The notes below the pieces were generated by a model. That model did no database searches, was not told where the DNA came from, and worked only from the letters and a program-made list of their open reading frames with translations. From NCBI GenBank assembly GCA_001600695.1, contig BCKQ01000004.1, positions 845,931 through 909,930 on the forward strand: 64,000 bases of DNA, given 5' to 3'. Of the stretch, positions 13,439 through 25,781 are shown in pieces. Within the stretch, counting starts at the first letter, position 1; every line of letters begins with the position of its first letter. The DNA is from Ascoidea asiatica JCM 7603. Taxonomy: Eukaryota; Fungi; Ascomycota. Position numbers and translations under genes: made by a program.

Positions 13439-14590
13439 TCAAGCTTCAAAATCTGGTTTTGAAGATTTATATATAGTAGATTTTGATGAATTAAATGAAA
13501 ATTGTTTACCATTTTTATTATTATTTTCATTATCTTTTAAAGCTAATAATCTCATTTGTTTTGAAACTAAAATTCCAATTTTTTTTTCTTGTAAACTATT
13601 ATTACCTAAAGATTTTAATTTACCCCATGAAATTCTAATTGGATTATTTTTAATAATTATTAAACCAGGAGATTTAAAACCTCTTGGTTTTTCAATAAAT
13701 TCAGAAATTAATTCAGCATTTTTTCTATTTTCAAATTTTATAAAACCACATCTTGATCTATGATTTATAATTATTGAAATTATTTTACATTTTTCATTAT
13801 AATTTTTTTTATTTTTTATTAAATAATTTTCAAAATATTCTTCAATTATATATTGTTGTAAATCATTATTAATACCAAATATAAAAAAAGATTTAATATT
13901 TTCATCTTTTGGTGGTTTAAGATTTCCATTAAATGGTAATTTTGATATAATTTTTGTAATATCAATTGATTTTAAATTTATTTCTTCTTCAAATTTTTTA
14001 TTTTTATTTTTATGATTATTAAATGATTTTTTCTCAAAATTGTTTTTAATATTTTTAATATTTTTATGATTATTTATCTTTTTTTGATTTAAAGCTAATT
14101 TTTCTAAAATTTCTTTTGCAGTTTCTTCTGCTTTTTTTTTTTTTAAATTAAATTCTTCATTAATATCAGTTATCATTAATTGATTATTGATTTTTTTATT
14201 ATTATTTTCAAATTCAATATATTTTTGATCTTCTTGTTGAGCTATAAATCTTTTTGTAACTTCATTATTTGAAAATTTTATATTAAATTGATTATCTAAA
14301 TTTGCGATTCTAAAAGCTGCATCTCTTAAATTTAAAGGTATACCATAAGTTAAATCAAACATACAACATTGACAACAATTTCTTTGTCTTGAACATGTTA
14401 AACAAAATAATGTTGATAAATATGAATTTAAATCTTTATTTCTACATAACCAACTAAAACTTGTAAATGGTCTTGAACATAATTTACATAATTTACCTTG
14501 ATTTTCTTTAATCATATTAATATATTTATTTATACCTAAACATTTTTCACAAATTGCAGGAATTTCAGTTTCATTAGGATCATTATTCAT
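13439..14590 (-). CDS. ECM2: Pre-mRNA splicing factor Slt11/Ecm2 (RBM22 family)
   Basis: PAICEKCLG, CKLCSRPFT, C.TCSRQRNCCQCCMFDL.YG zinc region plus C-terminal RRM (SFFIFG...CGFIKF...ISWG). ATG at 14590. Confidence 0.93.
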   Translation of the reverse strand: MNNDPNETEIPAICEKCLGINKYINMIKENQGKLCKLCSRPFTSFSWLCRNKDLNSYLSTLFCLTCSRQRNCCQCCMFDLTYGIPLNLRDAAFRIANLDNQFNIKFSNNEVTKRFIAQQEDQKYIEFENNNKKINNQLMITDINEEFNLKKKKAEETAKEILEKLALNQKKINNHKNIKNIKNNFEKKSFNNHKNKNKKFEEEINLKSIDITKIISKLPFNGNLKPPKDENIKSFFIFGINNDLQQYIIEEYFENYLIKNKKNYNEKCKIISIIINHRSRCGFIKFENRKNAELISEFIEKPRGFKSPGLIIIKNNPIRISWGKLKSLGNNSLQEKKIGILVSKQMRLLALKDNENNNKNGKQFSFNSSKSTIYKSSKPDFEA

Positions 14591-15589
14591 TTTTAATATA
14601 ATATAATACAATTTAATATAATATATTATCTTATCTAAGTCTATTATAATCTTCTATTAATGTACTTTATTGAATAAAAAAACCTATAAATTGATTAATT
14701 CATTCATTACTATAATTTTAAACAAAAAAAACAATTTTCTTTCTTTCGGCTATGAAAAGCAAATTCTAACCGAGATATAAACAGTACACGTGATACACTA
14801 AACTTCGACCCTTTCCGACTTCAAATATTACTCTTTCCGTCCCTCGATAATAATTATATTCAATATTTGTATGAACAGAAGAAAAACAGTCTTCAATTGC
14901 AGTGATTATTATGGTTGGAGAGGCAGTCCATTGTAAATATTCTCTTTCTGGTACAATTCTTGATAATACGTATTTTTAACTTGAATTTTGTATTTCTTAT
15001 TGAAGTTTTGAAGTTTTGAAGTTTTGAAGTTTTGAAGTAATGATTCAATGTAAATGAAAATGAATAAATAATATGTGGTGATTATAAAGTCTATCAACTA
15101 GAAAATTAAGAGTTGATAGTTATTTATGTTTCAATTCCTAGATGTTTACGTTTAAAAACAAATATTTTATCTATGAGACAAAAGTGAGACATTTTGATTG
15201 AATATTTGTTTTATTTTATATGTGTTGGTGAGTCTCTTGACATTCGAATAAAAAGAGTGGTTTAAGAAAATTTATCTTTAATTCATTTAATAATCACTTC
15301 TGATATTAATTTATATATGATATTAGTTGGAAGAAAGTTCAGTTGCAGAGCTGTCTCAGAAAAACACCATTTTAGTATTATTATTTATAACTTCTTGAGA
15401 ATATATTATATTATATATATTATTTCAAATCACAATTAGAAATGCTTTTATTTCCATTTGAATTTCAATTTAAAATCTTATTAAAGATATTTATTTCAGA
15501 CTTAATCAAAAAAAAAATTGTGGCCTTATGAAACTTATGTCGATATATATCAACTGAAAAAATCAATTTTATAATACTCTGCAAATACA

Positions 15590-18500
15590 ATGGTTTTATC
15601 AAATCATGAACAATTACCCACTATCACAGTCAATGATGAAAATAATAATGAAAACATAGAAGATGAATTTGTTGCTGTTGCTGTTGCTGAAGAAATTAAA
15701 TTTCCTCATGGAGCAGACGATGATCCAAGCAGAAACCCAACAGAATATAATTTCAAAAAGTATCCTCAACTTAATTTTAATGGGGCTGAAGATATGAATA
15801 GCAAGACTAGAGTTTCTTTGAATTCCATTCCTCATCATTTCTGCTACGATAGATTAAAAAAGCTATATTCTTTGGATGAGTATTTTGGCATTAATGATAC
15901 TTTAATTGAAAAGATCAAATTTTTTTTTTGGAATTTGCAAGAATATTTTGATGACATAAAACTTCTTAATAAATTTGATCGCGTTTTTTATTATTTTCTA
16001 TCCTACTTATTAAACTTTATTGATGATCAGATTGAATTTAATGTGGATTCAGATGATTCATATGGGCTTAATAATAATTTATTTCTTAAAAATGACCATC
16101 TTCAATGGAGATTATATTTTGGTAAACAATTTAGTATTTTTGCTGAATTAATTCTTTGGATTGAGGAATTTTATATCACTCTTAAATATTTTGACTCCAT
16201 AGGCTCACCAAGTAATAATGGTTTAAGAGGGTTATTTAAAAAATATCGAGAAGAAAAACTTATTACAACTGAAATTAATAATGAGATAGTTGAAAATTTT
16301 GACAAATGCGAATTATACTTCAATAGTATTTACAAAAATTTAAAAAGGTATCAAATTTGTAATTCCTTTCAAATGATTGTTGATAATGGGTTTTATGGTT
16401 CAGGTAAAGGGAAGTTTGATTTTTGTGTTCATTTAAAAAAAATTATTTTGAAGTTAATTGAATTTTTGAATTATGAATCCAAATATTTTAAAAAAGAAAT
16501 TGATTATTTTAAATCAAATGACTTTCAAAGAAAACTCGTAATGTCAGAACTAATAAGACAAAAATATTTTAGTGAAGTGATTTCAAGTTTCTATGAACAT
16601 TCTTTTATCAAAGCCTTAATCAATTCAAATGGATCTTTAGGACCTTTATTACATACCTTTATACTACATTCAAATGACGAATTGTATCGTCGTTTATTGG
16701 TATTTAATAGCTTTATGGTAGAAAGTGCATGGAACAAAAATTTTAAGCTTATAATAAATAAACCTGTTATTCTTCATAAAATAAATCAAATTTTCGAAAT
16801 TCTACGAGATATGAGCACAGTAATTACAATAACTGATGATGATAATAATAGCATAATTCTTGAAGTTGTTTCCGAATATAATGAGTACTATTACTTGAAA
16901 AAGAATTTAATTTCATTGGGAGTTGATATACGTAAGTTTAAGAATGAATTTAATATAAATTCAACTTTACTTTTTAATTTAGCAAATCTTTATGAACTTA
17001 ATTTTAAACTTCAAACAATAGAAAAAGTTATTGAAATTGCTGAGAATCTTATAATTGAGTTTAAAACTGGTACCTATAAAACATTACCTTTCAAAGATAA
17101 TTTTTCTTTAAAACTTCACTCTGAGATAATTGAAAATGATATAATTTCTAGAGATATGCTTTACCAAAGTGATTACATTTTAACATTGATGCTAACATTT
17201 TATAAAAATGCTAACATTTTATAAAAATGCATCAAAGTTGGATACAAATAAAGTAAAAAGATTTTTACATATGAAGTCATCCTTATTCAATAAATCAAAA
17301 ATCAAACAAGAACAATTCACTCTTTCACAATTACATTTAGATTCAATAAAATACCTGAAGGAAGGAACAGAGCCCAGTGAATTAGTAAATCAATATTTCA
17401 AAAAATCCTATTCAGTAATTCAACTAACTGAAAAATTAACTAACAGTATTAAAAATAAAAAAAGTGAAAACAAGAATGCATTGCTTAGTTTGATTGATAA
17501 TGATATATATGAACTTAAAGAGACGCAGCTCGGAGATGAATATGATTTTTTTATTATTCCTCCTAGATACAAAAAGAATAAAAATATTGTTTTACTAGTA
17601 TTGCCGAAAATTGTTATTGTCACAGAAGAAAATAATGATCAATTAAAGATGATTAGGGAGGTGATGAAAATAAAGGTATTTTTGAGTCAACCTGAAAAGG
17701 AATCCATTCCTGCCATTGTCCAACAAAAAGTTTTCTATGGATTTTTTACTGTCAATAAATCCTTTTATTTTCACGTTCGGTTTTCCCTTATAAAAATTCG
17801 TTATATCCCATTTTCTTATTGTTTTCTATTTTATTCAGATAATCCTAGACTCAAGTTTAGTAAAAATTCTTGTCAAGTCGAGCAATTATTATTTGATATT
17901 AAAATACGTTTAGCGCATCCTCACATTGCAGTCCATAAGGTTAGTGATTATTTCAATGTAAATTCAAACAATAAGTCAGCCTTGGAATACTTTTTGACAA
18001 GTTTGTTTTTTTATAATATTAATTCTCTTTACAGAAGCATTTCAGATTCTTTAAAAGAAGCTAAAAGTTTTGAAAAGGATTACTACCAATATTTCGGAAT
18101 TGAAGATGAAATAAAAAATGAAGAATATATTGATAGGTTCAAATTAATTCAAAGATTAAATTCCATCTATAACTCAAATTTTGAAAAATCTATTAGTGAC
18201 ACTAATAATAGTTTAGTATCTATAGATTCTTACAATTTAGACGTGACTCAAAAATTAACCCAAATTAGAGAAAGACTTAATGATATTTATTATACTTTTT
18301 TCAATTTTCATAATTTTCATTTTCAAGAATTTATGGTATTATTTATTACAAAGAATAAGAATATGGAAGATAGTGATTTAATTGAAATATGTAAAAAATA
18401 TCTTAATAATTATTTAGATGATAAATTTATTCATATAGTTGGTAGCAGTGAAGATGTATTTCTTGATATCAAAAAGTTATTTGTTGAACTTACTGAGTTT

Positions 18501-18746
18501 CACACCCAATTTCACTCAGACTTGAAACTTAAGTTAGAGAAAGTTGAGGATATTATTTTTTTGTTGAGTCTTTATAAGAATAATTGTGATTATATTATGA
18601 ATTATTTTGTAAAAAAGGAAAATTTCGATTGTGATAAATTATTTTTTAGATATAAGAATAAAAGAAAAACATTATCCTGTTTTATCCAAAACTTTGAAAT
18701 TGGCAAAAAAAACCTTAAGGAGTTAATTAAGTGTTCCAAGATTTGA
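15590..18746 (+). pseudogene. Orphan ~1045-aa gene split into two ORFs (15590-17224, 17208-18746) by a 19-bp tandem duplication
   Basis: ATGCTAACATTTTATAAAA at 17189-17207 and 17208-17226; removing one copy fuses the ORFs in frame (3138 nt). Confidence 0.8.
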
Positions 18747-18808
18747 TAAGTGAAGCTAAATAGTAACAAGTAACTTAATAAAATGAAATATTATTTTTAT
18801 TGTTTATA

Positions 18809-19546
18809 TTATATTATATTATTATTAATAAGAGTATTATGTAGTATATAATATTCAGACACATTGTTTTCGATATCACTAACTTTAGAATGTTTAATTC
18901 CAATTAAAATTAATGCAATATCTTCACCTTCAATGAAAGCTTTCGCATCGGGATTCATAGCTTTTAATTTATCTCGATAATATTTAAATTCTTTATCATT
19001 GTCATTGTCATTATCATTATCATTATCATCATTACCATTGCTGTCTTCATTATCATTTGATATAACTTTAATAACTTCACCAATTAAAGTAGCACTAACT
19101 TGACTTATTAATTCATTTTGGTTTAAGTTTTTTGATAATTGAAATAATTTTGAAGATTTATTAAAATTTAAATCATTATTATTGTATTCATTATCTTTAT
19201 TATTTTTATTATTTATTAAACTTTCTTCATTATCATTATTTTTAATTGTAATCCAATCATGAACTAATAATGAAACTTTTTTATTTTTTAAAATATCATG
19301 ATGTTTTCTTGTTGTTTTATGTGTTTATAATAATATAAAATTTTCATTTTTTAAATTAAAATTTAAATTAGAATTTAAATTAGAATTAGAACTTAATTCA
19401 TTATTATAAAGTTCATTTATTGATAAAAATGTATAATTCATTAATGAAACATTTGGTTCATTCGTCTGTGGATCACAGGTACCAAGATGAACAAATTTAG
19501 CAGGTTTTAATAATGAAGTAACTGATTCTGGTAATTGGCAACTCAT
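18809..19546 (-). pseudogene. Pyridoxamine 5'-phosphate oxidase-like (YLR456W/YPR172W family) gene with one in-frame TAA
   Basis: LPESV..LL...KFVHLGTC....PNVSLMNYT, then TAA at 19325-19327, then in the same frame KVSLLVHDW, LNQNEL..VSATL.G, NPDAKAFIEG..IALILI, SKVSD..NNV. Confidence 0.82.
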
Positions 19547-19560
19547 TTTTTATCACACTT

Positions 19561-19630
19561 ATATTCTATTGATTATATTCTATTGATTATATTCTATTGA
19601 TTATATTCTATTGATTAAATTCTATTGATT
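19561..19630. repeat. 14-bp tandem repeat (ATATTCTATTGATT) x5
   Basis: Four exact copies and one variant, at the DRS2-fragment/PNPO-like junction. Confidence 0.9.
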
Positions 19631-19658
19631 GAATTGATTGTATTGTTATATATATTAT

Positions 19659-21041
19659 TGATGCATAATCTTCCATATGACGAACTGTTGCATCAATAAG
19701 TGGATTATTATCTTTATTTAATCTTTCAAGCATAACAGTATTTGCATCTTTACAAAATAATCTAATAATTCCATTAGTACATTTGAAAATTGCTGGCATT
19801 CTTTTTCTTGTTGAATTAAATTCATAAATATATATCCTAAATATGCTGCACCTTCAACTGAAGTTCCTTCATCTAGTCTAGTGATGCTGCTTGATATTTT
19901 ATTTTACAATTTGATTCAACTTCGGGAATAACTGTATGACATAATGCTAATAAAAGTAAAAATTCATCAATATATTTAGATTGATCATTATTATAATTAT
20001 ATAACGTTGATTTTAATTTTCCAAATGTATTAAAACCAATTTCTGTTCCATCATCTAAAGTCATTGCATTTTTCTCTACTGGTACTTCTTCAATATACAA
20101 TGTCCACCAATTGAACATGATTTAAATTCCAAATATTTCTTGTTAAAGTTCCAGTTTTTTATCAGACAATATATATTCAATCTGACCTGATTCTTCAACT
20201 AGTAAAGATATTCTGCAAATTGTTGGGTTGATCAAATTCTTCATAATAAATATCTAGATCTGATACAATCATATAGACCTAATAACATTTAATAATTTCA
20301 ACAGTTACAAAAAGGGAAATTGGTACTAAATTTGAAAAATAAAATCCAATATGTTAAAATATCTTTAAAAAATTATTTTGCTTTATTTTCACTAGTTTGA
20401 TATAAATATGATAAATGTTTTGAGACTATTGATAATTTGATAATATTACCTAAAGAAGAAACTACGGGATAAAACAATTAAAATGGAAAACTATGCAACA
20501 ATTTGTAAATTAATTATTCTTTTAACTGCAGTTCTTTTAATTGGAATTGCAGTTGCATTTCTCATTAATTTTGTTCCATGACCAGTAAATATTACAAAAC
20601 CATGAATCCAAGGAGTATTTCTTAAAGTTATTTCTTTTGTTGAATGACCATGATGAAGATTTAAAAGACCTTCATAAGTATCATATAAATTTGAATTTGG
20701 ATCTTCAAATTTATTATAACTGAACCTGATAAATTTTTTAAATCATTTGAATTGATTAATGTCTAGTTTCAATTTTACCTTGCTTAATTTTTAAATTTGT
20801 TTCGTAAATTTGCTATTTCTATATAACATAAAGCTTCAGGTTCAGAAGAAGCTAATAAAATTAAATCTACAGGAATTGGTTTTCCTGAAGAAACTTTCAT
20901 AATATCACCAACTGAAATATTATGCCATTTTTTAGTTACGAAATTACCTGAATTTAAATCAAGTACACTTGCTTGAGAAATTTCAATTCTTTATCAGCAT
21001 TATTTCGAAACTAATAAAACTACTGATAAAGTGCCAATTGT
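19659..21041 (-). pseudogene. DRS2: Decayed internal fragment of a P4-ATPase phospholipid flippase (DRS2-like)
   Basis: TIGTL.VVL, VGDI, PVDLILLASSEPE, LRNTPWIHGFVIFTGH, FSNLVPISLFVTVE, GQIEYI.SD.KTGTLT.N, LALCHTVIPE, YQAAS.DEG, RLFCK.A.TV.LERL, RH.EDYAS, with many frameshifts and deletions. Confidence 0.92.
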
Positions 21042-21764
21042 TGGACTACCATTTGGAACGGGACAACGGTGTCCTAAGTCCTAGCTAGAATTTAGTTTTC
21101 GAAAAAAAATATTTTTTATTAAAGTACAAAGGTAAAGAATTAAAAGAAAGATTAAATGTCATAAGAAGGAAGAGAATATATATGGAAGTATTGAAGAAGA
21201 CATAAGAGAAAAGAGAAAAGAGAGAAGAAAAATGAATAGATTAAATAGAAATTACCAACAATATGTATAGAGTCTGAAAAAAATATTAGAATACAGTATT
21301 ATAGAATAGAAGAAACACAATTAAAAAAGTAAACTTAATAGAAAAAATAATAGAAAAAATAATAAAAAAAATAATAAAAAACATAATAAAAAAATTTAAA
21401 AAAATATTTAAAAAAAAGAGTTCGAAGAAGAATAAGATAAATATATGATTAATGAATTGATGTAATAGAATAAAAGAATAGCGCTGTGAATAATAATCAA
21501 ATGATAGAGGAGATAAATAGACAATCATATGGTTAAAAATCCTAAAAAAGATATTTCAACCAGTTAAATTGTTATTAAATTAATTTTAAATTTTTATTAT
21601 TATACTTCGGAGGATTACCATTGAAGTATATTTAAAAATTACTATGAATCATTTTAATGTCTAGATGTTGTTGATGAAGTAGCTGTACCCGAATATTCAT
21701 CTAAAGCACTTAGTAATTTTGGAGTTTAATTCACAAGCGCTATATTCTCAGATGTTTTGGATTT

Positions 21765-23987
21765 TTAATTAGAAGTATGGGAAATTTGTGGGAGATATAA
21801 TCCACATTGTGATAAGTCAACTTGATTTTCATTTTCTTGAATGTTAGTATTTTCTGCATTGAAATGATTTTCATTATTTTCATTATTTTCTTTGATATTA
21901 CTAACAGCTTCTTTGTTTGTCTCATTTGTAGTTTTATTTTCATCTTTATTTTCATCTTTATTTTCATCTTTATTTTCATCTTTATTTTCATCTTTATTTT
22001 CATCTTTATTTTTCCCATTTTTACACTTTTGCTTACTAGCTTTAGTAAATCTTTTTACCTTTCTTAGCTCTTCATCACTATCAACACACCAATCTGTTTC
22101 CCAATGTTTTTCTTCTGCCACGTGTTTGTCCATATAATGTTTGAAATACCAAAAAAATTCACTTTTACCACTTCTTTTAGTATCTAATATATCAAATGTC
22201 ACACCACATTCAGAAACAGGACAATCACAATACCAACTGAATAAACCTTTTTTTTTAATATTTCTTTTATCACCATTTCTATCAATAGATAAATTAATTG
22301 GAAATTTAACTTTTTCATTATATTTATCAATACCATGATTATATCTAATATGATTTCCATATATTCCATAATCTAAACTGATTTCCTCTGTATATTGAAT
22401 CTTTTCTCCATTATCTGTTTTCTGAGTAAGTACTTCTGGATTTTTTGATGTTCCATTTGTATATTCATTTCCTTTTTTTGATTCGAAAATCCAATTTTCT
22501 CCAGTACAATAACGACACAATCTTGCAACAGAATATACTATTTTTCCATTTCCATTTTCATCTAATATTTTTTTGAATTCTATTTTTCTGATTAATGCTC
22601 TATAACGAGATTCTTTATGATTCTCTCCAGTTTTATGATAAATAGTAACAGTTTCACCATTGTTGATATTCTTTTTATCTTCTTCACTCAGTTCATTTTG
22701 AATATCATCGGTTATTTTAACAACTGAACTTTCTTTGGCTATATTTTCATATTTCTTGAAAAATGAATTTTCTTCCCTCAGATTTTTGAATGCTTCCTTC
22801 AGATAATTAAAGTCCATATCGTAATAATCCTTTTTTGGAGAATCATAATTCAGATATGGTAATTCAGCTCTCTTGACTTTAACACCTCTAATTTTTCTTA
22901 GCCATTTGGTTCTTTTTTCTTGATCACTTGTTAATTTTAATGAGTTGAATAAAATATTTATACTTTGGAAATCATCTACATTATCAATATTCTCTTTTGC
23001 ATTTGATGAATTTGAAATTGGTTCTGATTGATTGGTCGCTAAAGATTGAGATGGTGAAGATTGAGATGGTGATGGTTTACTTTTCTTTGTTTCAACAGTT
23101 GCAATCAATTCTTTATTTTGATTATCTGAGTCATCTTCTCTTTTTCTTTTCTTATTTTTGGTAATATTATTGATATTATTGATATTACTGATATGATTTG
23201 CATTATTGATATTGATAATGACATTAGCATTGTTATTGTTATTGCTATTTTCATAAGTTTGAGTATTGAAGTTGGGTAAAAGAGAAGTTTGAGCGGGATC
23301 GGCTAGAGTTAAGTTGGAGTAATTTTGAGATTCTGTTTCAGAGAGTGGACTGATAAAGCTCCAGTCAAACATACTGGTATTTTTATCATTTTGATCTAAA
23401 TAATAATTGAAATAATCATCTGAATGGTTATCTAAAGTTGTATTTAAAGGACTATCTAAATTACTTTGATTAGTTTGATTTGAGGAATTATCATCTGAAG
23501 TTGTACTTAAATTATTGAACTCATCATTGTGATTTTGATTTGAATTATTGATCACAGCAGAAAATTTATGGTTATCGTTCTGGATGGAGATTGCATATTG
23601 GTTAATATTAGTGGGTGAATTATCTTTTGAAAGATAAGTTGGATTCATATATTTAGTAGTATCTTCATTATTATTTAAAAGTTCAGCTGAGTGTGTCTTT
23701 TTACTGTCAACTATATCTTGATTTAAATTATTAATGGAATTATTACTTGAATCTTGAATTGAATTTTGATTTTGATTAGAAACGTTTTCTTGAATAGAAT
23801 TAGTATCTAAATTGTTATCTAAAGTAATAATATAATTATTATTTAGATCAAAAACAGACTCTTGATTAAAATTATTATATGAAGAAGTATTTAAGTTCAC
23901 AGTTGGAGCATTCATATAAGTAGGATATTGAAAATCTAACTCATTAAGTTCTTCCTCAGGATTATCATCTGAATCATCCCAAGTCAT
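21765..23987 (-). CDS. Putative zinc-binding transcription regulator with a Rua1_C/DUF4451-like C-terminal domain
   Basis: Acidic/Asn-rich N-terminus, KKRKR NLS, then CRYC..W, Y..HIR..HGI, C.C...C and WYFKH....H. Family call is from motif recall only. Confidence 0.6.
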   Translation of the reverse strand: MTWDDSDDNPEEELNELDFQYPTYMNAPTVNLNTSSYNNFNQESVFDLNNNYIITLDNNLDTNSIQENVSNQNQNSIQDSSNNSINNLNQDIVDSKKTHSAELLNNNEDTTKYMNPTYLSKDNSPTNINQYAISIQNDNHKFSAVINNSNQNHNDEFNNLSTTSDDNSSNQTNQSNLDSPLNTTLDNHSDDYFNYYLDQNDKNTSMFDWSFISPLSETESQNYSNLTLADPAQTSLLPNFNTQTYENSNNNNNANVIININNANHISNINNINNITKNKKRKREDDSDNQNKELIATVETKKSKPSPSQSSPSQSLATNQSEPISNSSNAKENIDNVDDFQSINILFNSLKLTSDQEKRTKWLRKIRGVKVKRAELPYLNYDSPKKDYYDMDFNYLKEAFKNLREENSFFKKYENIAKESSVVKITDDIQNELSEEDKKNINNGETVTIYHKTGENHKESRYRALIRKIEFKKILDENGNGKIVYSVARLCRYCTGENWIFESKKGNEYTNGTSKNPEVLTQKTDNGEKIQYTEEISLDYGIYGNHIRYNHGIDKYNEKVKFPINLSIDRNGDKRNIKKKGLFSWYCDCPVSECGVTFDILDTKRSGKSEFFWYFKHYMDKHVAEEKHWETDWCVDSDEELRKVKRFTKASKQKCKNGKNKDENKDENKDENKDENKDENKDENKTTNETNKEAVSNIKENNENNENHFNAENTNIQENENQVDLSQCGLYLPQISHTSN

Positions 23988-25781
23988 TGTTAAAAAGTAA
24001 TTTAGATTTGCCTATACTAGTTATTATGAATGTTGATTGTTGTCTTCGGTTTTTTGAGATTTAATATTTATTTGAATATAAATATTATGTGAATGGTATA
24101 ATTGAAATAAGTGATGAAATCAATTAGTTGAATTATACTATTAAAAACTGAGAATTAAAATAAAAGAGAAAAAAAAGAATAATTAAAAATAATGAGATTT
24201 AATGTCTTTTTTATAGCATTTTCTTTAATGAAGATATATAAATCTTTAGCAATATTCATTAGGTAGATTTGATACGATTAATTAAATTATAATTGATAAA
24301 ATTAAAACATAGTAACAATAGATTTAAAAAATGAGATTGCTTTTATCTGTTTAAAGATATATAAAATAAAATAATCGTTTTCATTTTTATAGTAGTTAAT
24401 AATGATAATAGTTTTTGTTACTTGGTGTTTTGTTTACATATTCAAATTTGACTGATTACGAATGATGATAAAATTACATTTTTAAATACTTAGTGGATGA
24501 AAAAAAAACATTTTTTCTTCATAATTTATCAAGATGAAAGAATTGTCTAGAGACTCGAAAAACAAAAACAAAGAAAATCGAAAACATGATTTTAAGTTCA
24601 AGTTTAGGTTCGAGTCGAAGCTTAAATTCTATTGTCTTTTGTTAAGGACCACATTTAAGGATTATATTTAAGGATGTCAAGCCAAACCTAAATCCGCTCG
24701 CGGAAAAATCAGTGAGTTTTGTCTTGATTTTCCAATGAGTTTCCATAATCCGAATGACGGATGCTAATCTTAGTCAGGATTACTTAATTCAGACAATCAG
24801 AACTCAGAAAACCATTCACTAATATTTGGCTAAAATTTTCAATGGAGTGGATTAAAAACTTATAAAAAAATTAAAAAAAAAAGGATTTTTAAGCTGTTGA
24901 TAATGAAATCCAAAAGACAGCTCTTTTGAGACCATTTTTGTCAATTGATTTAGACCTAATAAAAAATGGATATCATATCAGTTTCAGCTCAGAAAGTACA
25001 GTTAAAAAAGCTTGGAAGTCTGCCCAAAAACAATAAGTGACTAAGGCAATAGATCCAAAAAAAAGGTGATTATATCAAAGGAGGCAAGAAGAATATCAGA
25101 CAAAAGAGATATTTAGCAGAAGTGATTGAAGTAAAATCTGTTGCAGTTTGAGAATTGCACAAAGCGACGCCAGAAAGAAGGATCTCCTTAACAGACGCTG
25201 GAACAATCAACTTCTGCAGGACCGAGCCTTACAATCCGGCTTATTGTTCTGGTTTTAACCCAATTGAGACAGGGGTCTACTAAAGGGTTGATTGTTCAAC
25301 AAAACAATAAAATCGAAATGGTTTTTATTTACTTTCTTTTCTTTGATATTTCTATTTTAATTTTATATTTATCAAGAACAATATGCCTTTTGATGTTTGT
25401 ATCACGAGTAATCTTAGCAACAATAATCATTCAAATATAATCATCCTATAAATTTGTATTAAATTTTATTGTAATTCGAAGCAATCTCATTTAAAATGGA
25501 AAATATATAATATATAATATACAATGGAAGATATGAAATATAAAATACAAAATATAAAATATAAAATGTTAAATATACAATAGCTAGCTTCTAGGATGTT
25601 GACTACTGAATTCCCTCTATTTAGAAATAATATATAAGAATAATTTTTTTCTTATTTGAAGATTCTTTTCATATTCTCATTTCTAATTTAATTCTTTTAC
25701 TTTTTTGCTAGTAAATATTATTGCTAATAAATTTCTATCTACTATAATAATACTAATCAAATCTAAGAAAGTAACTTCAAA

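Noticed and set aside
21660-21730. Peptide LDVVDEVAVPEYSSKALSNFGV resembling the M1 aminopeptidase GAMEN region
   Set aside because: About 22 residues flanked by stops; too short to support without a search.
21740-22338. Overlapping short ORFs (KIKM, IFIF, FSSL repeats)
   Set aside because: Alternative frames of a 12-bp coding repeat and antisense of the 740-aa gene.
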